Shown: piece by piece, positions 1 to 10,342 of the stretch | How the letters are laid out: every line of letters begins with the position of its first letter | Position numbering within the stretch: the stretch's first letter is position 1 | Source: an uncultured Thermoleophilia bacterium | Lineage (GTDB): Bacteria > Actinomycetota > Thermoleophilia > UBA2241 | Assembly: GCA_963695395.1 (NCBI GenBank) | Contig: CAVOGK010000014.1 | Location: forward strand, 64,354-128,353 | Reading direction: 5' to 3' | Length of the DNA: 64,000 nucleotides | Position numbers and translations under genes: made by a program | Notes under the pieces: model-generated | What the model saw: only the letters and a program-made list of their open reading frames with translations | Databases searched by the model: none | Told to the model about the DNA's origin: nothing

Positions 1-1
1 G

Positions 2-2050
2 GGCGCCCCCGACATGATCGGCCGGGCGCTCGTCGCGGAGGAGTCGGCGACCCGGGTCCTGCGCCCGGTGCTCTTCGAAAAGGAAGGCGACGGTTTCGCC
101 GCGCCGCGCGTGCGGCGCGCGATCGAGCGCGCGGTCCGCGCGCTCGCGGAGCGCGACGGCGATGTCACACCGGACGGCGACGCCTTCGCCGCGGCCTACG
201 AGGCGGCGCTCGACGCTCAGCGCCGCTTCGAGGTGGGGCTGGGCGCCATCGGCGAGCGGTCGCTGGCGTGGGCGCACAAGCACGGCTACCCGGTGGTGTT
301 GATCGTCGGCGAGACCCACGTCGTCCACGACGCCGTGCTCGACGCCGGCGTGCACGAACTGGTCGCCGCCAACGGCGCGGTGCCGCTGCCGGTCGACTGC
401 TACCCGACACCGGAGGACGTTCCGGGGCTGCAGCGGGTGCACTGGGCCAGCGCCGGCCAGGCGCTTCGCGCCACGGCCGCCGGCGCCGCCGCCGGTGTCT
501 TCCCGCTCTTGCTCGGAGCCTACGGGTGCGGCCCCAACTCGATGATCGAGCATCTCTTCGCCGATCTGACCGAGGACTGGCCGCACGCCGTCCTCGAGAG
601 TGACGGCCACGGCGGCAAGGCCGGCTACGTCACCCGCGTCCAGGCGTTCCTGCACAGCGTTCGGCGCTGGCGCGAGACCGCGCCGAACGGCGCGGCCAGC
701 GTCGAGCCGCCCGGCGCCGTGGACGCCGGGGTGACCGCCTCGACTGGCCGCTCGGCGGCACAGGACGCCACGGGCGCGGGCCTGCAGGCGCGCCTCGCGC
801 GCCTCGACCGGCCCCTCCCGCACAGCCTCGACGCCGGCTACGACCGCTTCTTCTTCGGCCACATCGGCGGCGGTCTCAGCCGCCATCTCGCGGCGGCGAT
901 GCGCGGCGCCGGCTACGACGCCGCCTTCGTCGGTGAGCCCGACGCCGCCGCCTTGCGCGCCGCCGGGGAGGGCTGCTCCGGAAAGGAGTGCCTGCCCTAC
1001 CAGCTCATCTGGGGCAGCTTCGCCCGCTTCCTTGATGAGGAGGCGCCGCAGCTGGACGGGCGACGCGCCCTGTTTCTCAGCGCCGGCAACGGCTTCCAGG
1101 CCTGTCGCGCCAACCTCTTCCCGCTGACCGAGCAGATCGCTCTTGAGCGCCTCGGCTTCGGCGACCGCATCGAGGTCGCCGACTTCAGTCTCGTCACCCG
1201 TAACGTCCGCATGATGCCGGTGGTGTGGACGGCGCTGGTCGCGGTCGACCTGCTCAACATGCTCCGCTTCTACAGCTTCGCCGACGAGGGCGAGCCGGGA
1301 GCGAGCGACGCCTTGTTCGAGGCGTATTCCGATCGCCTCGAGAGGATGCTCGAGGAACCCCGGCCGGATGCCGGCGCTGCCGGCAACGTGGCTGAGGCCT
1401 TCCGCTGTTGTGCCCGTGTGGAGGACCTCTTGAGCGAGGCTGCCGGGGACTATGGCTCCCTGTCTCGCGACCCGGCCAAGACCGCCGGTCTTCGCGACGT
1501 CTATCTCTGCGGCGATCTCTTCCTGCGCGTCGACGAGTGGGGCAACGACGACCTGCAGCGTAAGCTGGCCGACCACGGCCTGCGCGTCATCTTCGAGCCC
1601 TACGGAGCCTTCTTCGAGCTGCTCCAGCTGCGTCAGATCCAGGATGGCCTGCCGCTCAAGAAGCGGCCGGAGAAGGAGGCGATGCTGGCGACGATGCGCT
1701 ACGTCGTCGGCCGTCTCGTGAAAGCCGTGCGCGTGGAGCACCCTTGGGTGTTCTGGAACGAGGTGCGCGAGGTGGACCGCGAGAGCCGCCGGCTGGTCGC
1801 GCCGTATCCCTTCGGCGAGACGATCCCGACGGTCGGCGGGGCGCTGCTCACGTGGCGTACGCAGCCGGTCGACGGCGTCGTCTCCGTTGCACCGAGAGGA
1901 TGCGGGCCGGCCCTGATCGCCGAAGCACAGCTTCGGCGTGAGGCCGGCCTGCCGGTGCTCTTCGTCTACAACGACGGCGACCCGATCGATGAAGCCCGGC
2001 TGGCGGGCTTCGCCTGGCGGCTGCGCAGCCGGCCCGCACGGCGCGACTGA
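2..2050 (+). CDS. acyl-CoA dehydratase activase-related protein, C-terminal part (5' end lies outside the window)
   Basis: ORF is open to the window edge. GAYGCGPNSMIEH and APRGCGPALIAE motifs resemble the non-ATPase (DUF2229-like) domains of BadF/BcrA/HgdC-type activase fusion proteins. Family call is from memory only. Confidence 0.45.
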   Translation, partial: GAPDMIGRALVAEESATRVLRPVLFEKEGDGFAAPRVRRAIERAVRALAERDGDVTPDGDAFAAAYEAALDAQRRFEVGLGAIGERSLAWAHKHGYPVVLIVGETHVVHDAVLDAGVHELVAANGAVPLPVDCYPTPEDVPGLQRVHWASAGQALRATAAGAAAGVFPLLLGAYGCGPNSMIEHLFADLTEDWPHAVLESDGHGGKAGYVTRVQAFLHSVRRWRETAPNGAASVEPPGAVDAGVTASTGRSAAQDATGAGLQARLARLDRPLPHSLDAGYDRFFFGHIGGGLSRHLAAAMRGAGYDAAFVGEPDAAALRAAGEGCSGKECLPYQLIWGSFARFLDEEAPQLDGRRALFLSAGNGFQACRANLFPLTEQIALERLGFGDRIEVADFSLVTRNVRMMPVVWTALVAVDLLNMLRFYSFADEGEPGASDALFEAYSDRLERMLEEPRPDAGAAGNVAEAFRCCARVEDLLSEAAGDYGSLSRDPAKTAGLRDVYLCGDLFLRVDEWGNDDLQRKLADHGLRVIFEPYGAFFELLQLRQIQDGLPLKKRPEKEAMLATMRYVVGRLVKAVRVEHPWVFWNEVREVDRESRRLVAPYPFGETIPTVGGALLTWRTQPVDGVVSVAPRGCGPALIAEAQLRREAGLPVLFVYNDGDPIDEARLAGFAWRLRSRPARRD

Positions 2051-2216
2051 CGGGCCAAGGCGAGACCGGCTGGCTGGGTGCGACGCTGTCGCGGCGCATC
2101 GCCCCGGCGAGTCCGCCCTTCGGCGTCACGTCCCCGGCGCCACCGTGGCGGCGACGGTTCTCGGGCTCCGCGGCCGGGAAGGTTGAGAGCACGATCAATC
2201 CTCTGAGGAGTCCGCC

Positions 2217-3158
2217 ATGAGCGAACAAGCTCGCGCCGCCGAGCGCGTCGTCACCCCGCAGCCGGTCATGGAAGGCGCCGGCGTGCGGCTGAAGCGCAGC
2301 ATCGCCACCCCTGCGCTCGACTACGTCGATCCGTTCCTGCTCTTCGACCACTTCGGCTCGGACGATCCCGACGACTACATGGCCGGGTTCCCCTGGCACC
2401 CGCACCGCGGCATCGAGACGGTGACGTACATGCTCGCGGGGGAGGTAGACCATCGGGACAGCATCGGGAACGCGGGGGCGATCGGCGCCGGCGACGTCCA
2501 GTGGATGACCGCCGGCGGCGGCATCATGCACGAGGAGATGCCCCGGCGCGGCGCCGACGGACGCATGGGCGGCTTCCAGCTGTGGGTGAATCTGCCGGCC
2601 GAACTGAAGATGTCGCACCCGAGGTACCAGGACCTGAGCGCCGCCCAGATCCCTGAGGTCAGGCGCGACGACGGCACGGTGATCCGCGTCGTCGCGGGCG
2701 AGGTCGACGGCGTGAGCGGCGCGGTGACGAAGATCTACGCCGAGCCCGAGTACCTCGACGTGACGCTGCCGGCGGGGACGCGCTTCACCCAGCCGGTGCC
2801 CAGAGGGCACTCGGCCTTCGCGTACGCGTTCGAGGGCGAGGGCCGCTTCGGCGTCGGCTGCGACCTCGGCTACCGCGGCGACCTCGACGGCGTACAGCTC
2901 TCCGCGCCCCAGATGGCGGTGTTCGGCGACGGCGACGAGGTGCGTGTCGAGGCCGACTCGGCTCCGGTGCGCTTCCTGCTGGTGAGCGGCAAGCCGCTGG
3001 GCGAGCCGATCGCCCGCTACGGCCCCTTCGTCATGAACACCCGGGAGGAACTGCAGGTCGCCCTGCGCGACCTGCAGAACGACACCTTCGTGTGGCGCGA
3101 CGACCCCGAGTGGGCCGGCAAGCGGCGCACGTGGTCGCCGGACACCTGGGAGCGGTGA
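2217..3158 (+). CDS. pirin family protein
   Basis: WHPHRGIETVTYMLAGEVDHRDSIGN...GDVQWMTAGGGIMHEEMP cupin/pirin signature. GAGGAG RBS lies 6 nt upstream of the ATG. Confidence 0.9.
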   Translation: MSEQARAAERVVTPQPVMEGAGVRLKRSIATPALDYVDPFLLFDHFGSDDPDDYMAGFPWHPHRGIETVTYMLAGEVDHRDSIGNAGAIGAGDVQWMTAGGGIMHEEMPRRGADGRMGGFQLWVNLPAELKMSHPRYQDLSAAQIPEVRRDDGTVIRVVAGEVDGVSGAVTKIYAEPEYLDVTLPAGTRFTQPVPRGHSAFAYAFEGEGRFGVGCDLGYRGDLDGVQLSAPQMAVFGDGDEVRVEADSAPVRFLLVSGKPLGEPIARYGPFVMNTREELQVALRDLQNDTFVWRDDPEWAGKRRTWSPDTWER

Positions 3159-3222
3159 AGGCGGGAGACCCCGCACGGGACCAGGACGAAAGCGAACGCT
3201 GCCGGCGGGCGCCGGTCGGTCG

Positions 3223-3789
3223 TCAGGTTGCGGGCGCGGTCAGCGGCTTGACGAACGGACGCACGGCGCAGCGGCACGGCGGGGCGCCGCAGTAGGGGCA
3301 GTGCGCCCCGGACTCGATGCTGCTCGGCGCGAAGAAGCCGGCGATGTCGGCTCCGGCAGCATAGCCGGCTGCCTCGAAGAACGGCACCGAGTCGGGGTCC
3401 GGCCGGCCGGCCGGGAGCCAGCCGAACGCGAAAGCCGTCCGGGCGCCGCGGGCGCGGGCTTCTGCCTCCGCGCTGGTGAGCAGGTGCGACGCCAGCCCGC
3501 TGCGCCTCGCGCTCGGTGAGATCGCGAGCTCGCGCACGTGCAGGGTGAGATCTCCGCCCGCGACGGCTTGAGCCGGTGAGGACGCGAGCGCCAGCTGCGC
3601 GTCGGGATCGTCCGCCGATATCACGCGGCTGAGAAGCACGCCGGCCACGCCCTCTTCCGTCACCGCGACGAGCGAAGGAGCTGCTCCGGCGTCGTCGAAC
3701 CTCCAGAACCCCTCGCCGACGACGCTGTCGAGCAGGCGGCTGGCGGCGGGCCTGTCGGCCGGGCGGAGCGGGCGGATCACGGCGTCCAT
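3223..3789 (-). CDS. GNAT family N-acetyltransferase with Cys-rich C-terminal tail
   Basis: Internal ATG (MDAVIRPLRPAD) of the 437-aa track ORF. The LHVRELAISPSARRSGLASHLL segment looks like the GNAT acetyl-CoA site. Tail reads CPYCGAPPCRC. Confidence 0.7.
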   Translation of the reverse strand: MDAVIRPLRPADRPAASRLLDSVVGEGFWRFDDAGAAPSLVAVTEEGVAGVLLSRVISADDPDAQLALASSPAQAVAGGDLTLHVRELAISPSARRSGLASHLLTSAEAEARARGARTAFAFGWLPAGRPDPDSVPFFEAAGYAAGADIAGFFAPSSIESGAHCPYCGAPPCRCAVRPFVKPLTAPAT

Positions 3790-3818
3790 CAGGAGCAGTC
3801 TAGCGCAGCGTGGACCTC

Positions 3819-4646
3819 TCAGCTCGCCGCCGCCGGCCGCAGGGTGACCTCTGCGACCACGGGCCAGTGATCGGACGGCAACCGCCCGCCGGGTCGTGCG
3901 TGGTCGATCCGCGCGCCGCGTACATCCCAGTGGTCGTCGACGAGGACGTAGTCGATGCGTGTGCCGTCGGTGGAGCCGTCCCACTGGTGGTGAGTCGCGG
4001 CCTGCGGCCCGCGCTCGCCCAGCTGGGCGAGAGTGTCGCGTAGGCCGCCGGCGACCAGGCGCGCCACGGCCGGGTCTCCGGCCGTCGCGTTGAGGTCGCC
4101 GAGCACGATCCACGGCAGCTCGGGATCGAGCCACGTGAGCAGGGCCGCGGCGCTGCGCACCCGCGATGCGGCCGACGCGCCGTCCCAGTGCGCGTTGGCG
4201 ACCCCGAAGCGGTCGCCAGTCCGCAGATCGGTGAACCGGCACAGGGTGACGATGCGGGCGATCGGGTTGCCCCACGAGCGCGATCCCGGAGCGCAGGGCG
4301 TGTCGGAGAACCAGCGGACCGTCCACGCCTCGAGGCGCACACGCGACGCGAGGAATGCGACCGTGCAGCGCTCGCCGCGGTCGCGGCCGTTGGTGCGCCC
4401 GGCGCCGGCGCCCGCGTACCCGGGCAGCCGGCGCGCCAGCCCGCACTCCTGAAAGGGGTGGACCTCCTGGAGACCGACGATGTCGGCCGAGAGGCCGGCG
4501 ATCGCCGACGCGCACGCCCCGGCGCGGAGCGGCCACGAGTGACGCCCGTCCCAGCCGAGACCCGTCCGTATGTTGAACGTCGCGACCCGCAGATGCGGCG
4601 GCCGCGGCCGCCGCATCTGCGGGTCGCGCTCACGCACGTTGCTCAC
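3819..4646 (-). CDS. endonuclease/exonuclease/phosphatase (EEP) family protein
   Basis: LRVATFNIRTG...DIVGLQEV...LGDLNA...SDHWPV EEP motifs. GTG start overlaps the upstream stop (GTGA). Confidence 0.85.
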   Translation of the reverse strand: MSNVRERDPQMRRPRPPHLRVATFNIRTGLGWDGRHSWPLRAGACASAIAGLSADIVGLQEVHPFQECGLARRLPGYAGAGAGRTNGRDRGERCTVAFLASRVRLEAWTVRWFSDTPCAPGSRSWGNPIARIVTLCRFTDLRTGDRFGVANAHWDGASAASRVRSAAALLTWLDPELPWIVLGDLNATAGDPAVARLVAGGLRDTLAQLGERGPQAATHHQWDGSTDGTRIDYVLVDDHWDVRGARIDHARPGGRLPSDHWPVVAEVTLRPAAAS

Positions 4647-5074
4647 GTGGGGAAGTGGCTCCGCCAGAAGGTGGTGTCTTCCTCACTGCTCAGGCGCACG
4701 TGTCGCGGAGCGTCGCCCTTGCGCGTCGCTTCATGCTCGAACGCGGCGTCCTCGGTCTCCGTCGGCTTCCTGTCGACCAGGCCGCTGCGCTCCACGTAGT
4801 CCTTGAACGCTACGAGATCGTGGCCGAGCCGATGCTTGAGTTCCTCCGGCGAAGGGCCGTCGACGATCTCGTCAATGCGGAAGATCACAGTGGTCCTGCC
4901 GTTGGGCGAGGGTGCGAAGGTGACGAGTCCGGAGCGCACGGCGTCGACGCAGGCGAGTTCATCACAGAGAAGGTGCCCGGGTCCCGTGTGGGTCCACTGG
5001 ATGAACCGCTTCCAGGTGGTTCGCACGAAGTCGGGCTCCGCGGCGATGACGATCTGCTGATGGATGCTGGCCAT
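4643..5074 (-). CDS. SRPBCC-like small protein (hypothetical)
   Basis: Internal ATG (MASIHQQIVIAAEPDFV) of the track ORF. Length and N-terminal pattern resemble polyketide-cyclase/SRPBCC proteins. Weak call. Confidence 0.4.
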   Translation of the reverse strand: MASIHQQIVIAAEPDFVRTTWKRFIQWTHTGPGHLLCDELACVDAVRSGLVTFAPSPNGRTTVIFRIDEIVDGPSPEELKHRLGHDLVAFKDYVERSGLVDRKPTETEDAAFEHEATRKGDAPRHVRLSSEEDTTFWRSHFPT

Positions 5075-5316
5075 GATGCCGCCTCCAGTCGTTGGTACGA
5101 CCCTGACACGCGTCGTGGCTCCAGAGTACCCTCTGCAGACACGTGGGAATCCGGCGCGCGCGGTCAGGAATCGCGGCCGCGCGCACCCCCGGACGCGTGA
5201 CAGGCCTGCGGGAGAGCGCCGCGTCGGGGCGTGCCGCCGCCCGGGACGACCCGTTGGTTTGGCATTGGCCCCCAGTGGCCACGCTAGTGCCAGAGGGAGG
5301 ACCCGCCAGCGACGCC

Positions 5317-6267
5317 ATGAAGCGAACCGACCACTCGTCACCGCAGCTGTCATCGATGCCGCTTGAGCCGCAGCCCGCCCGGGCGAGTGACCGGCCGGAT
5401 GGCACCCGCATCACGTTTCTCGGGCACGCGTCGACCGTCATCGAGATGGACGGCATACGTCTTGTCACCGACCCGGTCCTCCGCCGGCTGGTGGGGCCAC
5501 TCTACCGGCGCGTGCCGCGGCCGCTCACCGACCCGGTGACCGACCCGGACGTCATCTTGATCTCACACCTGCACCTCGACCACTATGACCCGCGGTCGTT
5601 GCGGCTCTTCCGACGAGACACGCCCATCCTCGTGCCCGCCGGCGCCGGGCTCTCTCTGCGCTGGCGCGGGTTTCGCGACATCCACGAGATCGCTCCCGGC
5701 GACCGGCTCAAGATCGGGTCCGTCGAGCTGGTCGGCACGGACGCGAAGCACAAGGGCACGCGGCACCCGCTGGCCGCCCGCACGCCAAGTCTGGGCTACG
5801 TGGTGTCCGGCACCAGGAGCATCTACTTCGCCGGCGACACGGGGTTCTTCTCCGGCATCGCCGACGTGTGGCCGGAGCGGCTCGATCTCGCGATGCTGCC
5901 GATCGCCGGCATCGGCCCGCTGATGCCCGAGTTCAAGCACATGAGCCCGCGGCACGCGGTCAAGGCGATGGATCTGTTGAGACCGCGCATCGTCGTCCCG
6001 ATACACTGGGGCACGTACCACCTGCCGGGCACGGCGATCTTCCGGCTGGGGCCCGATTTCCACCGGCGCGCGCCCTACCTGTTCATGGCGCAGGCCGCGG
6101 CGCTCGAGCCGGACGTGCACACGGTGATGCTGCGGCCCGGCGAGCAGCTCTGGCTGGAAGAGGCGCTCGAGGGCCACGCCGGTCACGCCGAGCACGGCGT
6201 GCCGGTCCCGCAGCAGCCGGCCGACCCCGCCGAGAGGGCCGGTCCCGGCGTCCCCGGCGGCTGGTGA
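5317..6267 (+). CDS. MBL-fold metallo-hydrolase
   Basis: ITFLGHASTVIEMDG...ILISHLHLDHYD motif (HxHxDH). Start taken at MKRTDHS, in frame within the longer track ORF. Confidence 0.8.
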   Translation: MKRTDHSSPQLSSMPLEPQPARASDRPDGTRITFLGHASTVIEMDGIRLVTDPVLRRLVGPLYRRVPRPLTDPVTDPDVILISHLHLDHYDPRSLRLFRRDTPILVPAGAGLSLRWRGFRDIHEIAPGDRLKIGSVELVGTDAKHKGTRHPLAARTPSLGYVVSGTRSIYFAGDTGFFSGIADVWPERLDLAMLPIAGIGPLMPEFKHMSPRHAVKAMDLLRPRIVVPIHWGTYHLPGTAIFRLGPDFHRRAPYLFMAQAAALEPDVHTVMLRPGEQLWLEEALEGHAGHAEHGVPVPQQPADPAERAGPGVPGGW

Positions 6268-6427
6268 CGGGGGGAGAGGGGTGGCACACTCTGGTCGGCG
6301 AAGACTATCCGACCTGGGTGAGGTGGCTTGCTTGCAGTCGGGATAGCTTGGGACGGAGGATGGCGACACGTCGCCGGCCGCGACGGCGACGATGACTCGA
6401 TGGACTCGATACCTCGAGGAGGACGGG

Positions 6428-6952
6428 ATGGCGAAGTCGACGACAGGCGCGCGCATCGGCGTGATCTCCGACACGCACGGTCATCTGGATCCCCAGGTGC
6501 TCGAGGAGTTCGCCGGCGTCGACCACATCATCCACGCCGGTGACATCATGGACGCGGCCACCCTCGAGGCGCTCGCAGCGGTCGCGCCGGTGACCGCCGT
6601 CGCCGGCAACATGGACGACGGCAAGCTTGGCAAGCTGCCGCGCGAGGTCGCCGGCGAGGTCGGCGGCGTGCGCTTCGTCGTCGGTCACAAACGCAAGCGT
6701 CTGCTCAAGCGCCTCACGCTCGGCAAGATCGACGGCGTGGCCAAGCACGAGGCGCCGGACCTCCTCGTCTGCGGGCATGATCACCTGCCGGCCGTCGAGT
6801 GGGTGGACGGCACCCTCTTCCTGAACCCGGGGTCGGCCAGCGCCCCGCACGAGGAGGACGACGACCCCACGATCGCCATCGTCGAGCCCGGACCCGCGGG
6901 GCTCGGCGTTCGCTTCATCCGGCTGGCGCGCCGCGACGAAGCCGAGAGCTGA
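6428..6952 (+). CDS. YfcE/MJ0936-type metallophosphoesterase
   Basis: [10 protein letters not shown]...IIHAGDI...VAGNMD...GHDH motifs. GGAGGAGGA RBS precedes the ATG at 6428. Confidence 0.85.
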   Translation: MAKSTTGARIGVISDTHGHLDPQVLEEFAGVDHIIHAGDIMDAATLEALAAVAPVTAVAGNMDDGKLGKLPREVAGEVGGVRFVVGHKRKRLLKRLTLGKIDGVAKHEAPDLLVCGHDHLPAVEWVDGTLFLNPGSASAPHEEDDDPTIAIVEPGPAGLGVRFIRLARRDEAES

Positions 6953-6959
6953 GACGCAC

Positions 6960-7481
6960 ATGAAGTCGCACACCGTCTACAAGACCTTCCGCATCCCCGA
7001 GCGCCGCGCATTCGTGCGCATCACCGAGGACGTCCGGCAGGCGGTCGCGGACAGCGGTATCAGCGAGGGCATGGCGCTGGTCGCGGCGATGCACATCACG
7101 GCCGGAGTCTGGATCAACGACGACGAGCCCGGCATCCAGGCGGATGCCCTCGAGTGGCTGGACAAGCTGGCGCCGCCGTCGTGGCAGCCCCCGGCCAACG
7201 AGGTAGCCCGGCAACTGCTCCCCGGAGGGGAGCGACCGACCGATGCGGCGGGGTGGAGCGATGCTGAGCCGGCGCAGCTCGAAGCGGGTTCGGACTACCG
7301 CCACCACCGCGGGGGTGAGGACAACGGCGATGCCCACCTGAAGAACCTGCTCGTGCATCACCAGGTGATCGTTCCGGTCACCGACGGCCGTCTCGACCTC
7401 GGCCCGTGGCAGGCGGTCTTCTACTGCGAGTTCGACGGGCGGCGCAGCAAGAGACTCATCATCAAGGTGCTCGGGGAGTAG
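6960..7481 (+). CDS. YjbQ/UPF0047 family (secondary thiamine-phosphate synthase) protein
   Basis: [15 protein letters not shown]...[38 protein letters not shown] is characteristic of UPF0047. Confidence 0.85.
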   Translation: MKSHTVYKTFRIPERRAFVRITEDVRQAVADSGISEGMALVAAMHITAGVWINDDEPGIQADALEWLDKLAPPSWQPPANEVARQLLPGGERPTDAAGWSDAEPAQLEAGSDYRHHRGGEDNGDAHLKNLLVHHQVIVPVTDGRLDLGPWQAVFYCEFDGRRSKRLIIKVLGE

Positions 7482-7517
7482 ACTTCCCTGAGAGGGCCGC
7501 AACGGCCACAAGAGGAG

Positions 7518-8111
7518 ATGGAGGGTCACATGAACGAGCAAGGCGGCGACCCCGGACGTCCGCGTCCCGAGGTCGTGAGTGAGAGTGTCGTCGTCGTGAG
7601 CCACTCGGGCGGGCTCGCAAGCCGCTCGTGGGGCATCGTCTTCGCCGTCGGCATCGTCGCCATCGTCTTCGGCGTCATCGTCCTGGCCAACATCTGGGCG
7701 AGCGTGCAATTGGTCGCGATCTTCGCCGGCCTCTTCCTGCTGTTCGCCGGCATCCTGCAGTTCTTCGTCGGCGGCGGCGCTCGCGCCGGCCGCATCGCAG
7801 CCGGCGTGATCGCCATCATCGCGGGCATCGCGCTCATCGCCTGGCCGGACGCCTCGGTCAAGACGATCGCCGTGATCATCGGCCTTTCGTTCCTCATCTC
7901 GGGCGTCGCCGTCGCGATGGCGGCGATCGCCTCGCACGGCGAGGGCTACGGCGTCGTCGTCGGCTTCGGGGTCATCCTCGCCGTCGTGGGCGTCGTCTTC
8001 ATCGCCTGGCCCGGCCCTACCGTGACCCTGCTCATGGTCCTGGTCGGCCTGAGCGCGGTCCTGTTCGGCATCTCGGCGATCGTCCAGGGCCTGGCGTTGC
8101 GTAAGGCGTGA
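7518..8111 (+). CDS. HdeD/DUF308 family membrane protein
   Basis: About six hydrophobic helices with repeated G/A-rich DUF308-like segments (WGIVFAVGIVAIVFGVIVL..., IIAGIALIAWP...). Confidence 0.65.
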   Translation: MEGHMNEQGGDPGRPRPEVVSESVVVVSHSGGLASRSWGIVFAVGIVAIVFGVIVLANIWASVQLVAIFAGLFLLFAGILQFFVGGGARAGRIAAGVIAIIAGIALIAWPDASVKTIAVIIGLSFLISGVAVAMAAIASHGEGYGVVVGFGVILAVVGVVFIAWPGPTVTLLMVLVGLSAVLFGISAIVQGLALRKA

Positions 8112-8324
8112 CGTGAACGCCGACCAGGAGGAGGGGCGCCGCCGGCGGTCCTCCCCGGTCGGGCACGTGGTCGCGTCCAGCCGCTCGCCGGGGTCGTTCT
8201 GGTGGTGATCGCCATCGTCTTCGTGAGGCAGACGCTCACGTTGGACGGGGTGCCCAACGAGGGACGCGCTGCGGCCTGACCGATCGGCGCGAAGGCACAG
8301 AGCGCCGGCGACCGCGTCGCTGCG

Positions 8325-9160
8325 TCAGGCCTCCCGGCCCGCGGGTGCGTCGTCCGAGTCCGTGCCGGCACGATCTGCATCCGCTTCGCCGTCCGGCCCG
8401 GCGGCCTCGGATGCTTCGAGGCGCTCCATGTTCCGTCTGCCGAGGTGCGCGCTGCCGAGGTTCTGGACGACGATGGCCACGACGGTGACCAGGTACAGCT
8501 GGCCGAGGATGGCCTCGAAGATGGCCAGTCATGCGGCCGAGGTCCGCGGCGGCCGTGAGGTCGCCGTAGCCGACGGTCGTGAGCGTCACGAAGCTGAAGT
8601 AGAGGTAGTCGATCTGCGTCGCCGGGTCCGGCGAGGACTGCAGCTGCGCGAAGAACGGCTCGCCGCTCACGACGGCGATGAGGCCGAAGGTCGTGGCGAA
8701 GAACATGGCGATGAGGAGGTAGACGCAGACGGCGCCATAGAAGGTATTGGCGCTGATGACCGGGTGCTGCACCAGTCGTCTGAGGATGGCCACCGGGGCC
8801 ACGACCACGAGCAGGATGATCACCAGTCTGGCGGTGACCGTCGCGGTCTCGTCATCGCCGAAGATGACCAGGATGATGGCGACGAGGACCATCAGGGGGA
8901 TGAGCGCAAGGGCGAGCCGAAGGAGGCGGCGCTGGACCTGTGCGGCGCGCAGCGCGAACCAGGTGGTCGCCGCGAAGACCACCAGCGACGATGATGCTGG
9001 CGAGCGCATCGTCGCCGGCCACGGCGAGCGTGAAGATGCTGATGATGAGCAGCAACAGCACGAGGCCGAAGCTGTCGGCGAACCGCGGCGAGCCCTCGAG
9101 GAGACGCGCACGCGGCCGCCGGGGCGTGCGTCTCTGCTGGGTGTCTCCCTGGTCGCTCAT
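8325..9160 (-). pseudogene. two-TM potassium channel, interrupted by two +1 frameshifts
   Basis: TTVGYGD selectivity filter. The reading frame changes near 8989 (..ALASII | SLVVFAATTW..) and near 8529 (..DLGRM | LAIFEAILGQLYLVTVVAIVVQNL..). Each change is repaired by removing one base. Confidence 0.7.
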
Positions 9161-9300
9161 CGTCAGGCGTCACTGTATCCCAGCGCCGCGCCGGCCGAAA
9201 CTGGCGCGGCCGCCGCGGCGCGCCCTCCGCGCCGCTCGCAGGTGACGCCGGCGGCGGCGCGAAAGGCCTTCTTGTACACTCGCGCGGAGGCTCCCAGCAC

Positions 9301-10342
9301 ATGCATGACGGCAGATACACCACGTACGGCACTCGCCCGGGGCGCGACCCCCGCCGCCGGCGGCGTCAGCGTGCCCGGCGGCGGCGTCTGCTCGTCCTCG
9401 TCCTCGTCGTGATCGTCATTGCGGTCGTCCTCGCCGCTTGTCTTCGTGGCGCGCGGCCGCGGCGACGAGGGTGTGCGAGACGCCCGCGGGTCGGGCGGCG
9501 TTGCGACGACCGCATCCCTCCGCCCGACCCCCACGCCGACCCCGCCGCCCAAGATCTGGGTCGCGAGCAAGTCCGACCCCGTACGCGTGTGGGTCGGCGG
9601 CGACTCCATGGGCGGCGAACTCGGCTTCGCGCTCGATCCGGTCCTCCGGGAGACCAAGGCCTTCAAGCCCATCACGTACTACAAGGACTCGACCGGCATC
9701 TGCCGCTACGACTTCTTCGACTGGGGCAAGCAGGTCAAGGCAGTGATGAAGACGGACAAGCCGCAGGCGGCGGTCATCATGATCGGGACCAACGACACGC
9801 AGTCCGTCTGGAAGGACGGCGAGTGGATCCACTACGGCGACATGGCCTGGAAGCAGGCCTATGAGGATCGTGTCGGCGAGATCATCGATACGATGCTCAA
9901 GGGGGGCGCCAGGCGCGTGTACTGGGTCGGCATGCCGATCATGGGGGAGAACTGGCGCAACTCGCGCATGAGGCTCATCAACAAGATCTTCCAGAAGCAG
10001 GCCGAGAAGCGCCCCGGCGCGGAGTACATCGACATCTGGGGTCTCTACGCGCACTCCGACGGCTCGTTCGACGCGTCGCTGCGTCTCGGTGACCAGGTGC
10101 ACTTCACCATCGCCGGCCAGGCGATGCTGGCGGACGCCGTGTTCGAGGCGATCAAGCGGGACTGGCTGCCGGCCGGCGGCGAAGACGCCGGGCGAGTCGC
10201 CGGCGGCGACCCCCTCGGCGTCCGCCTCCTCGATCTGACGCCGCGGGAGGGGCGTCCTGCGCCGGCTGGCGCCGGCCGGCGCACATGCCGCGGCGGCGAT
10301 GGTTGCCCGCGGCGACAGCTGCGGATAATGAGGGTGAGATGA
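9301..10342 (+). pseudogene. membrane-anchored SGNH/GDSL hydrolase (paralog 3), apparent +1 frameshift near 9436
   Basis: An R-rich N-terminus plus TM helix (RRRRLLVLVLVVIVIAVVLA) lies in one frame. The catalytic domain (VGGDSMGG, GTNDTQ, GDQVHFT) lies in the next frame. The two paralogs have the same TM-linker-SGNH layout. Confidence 0.65.
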
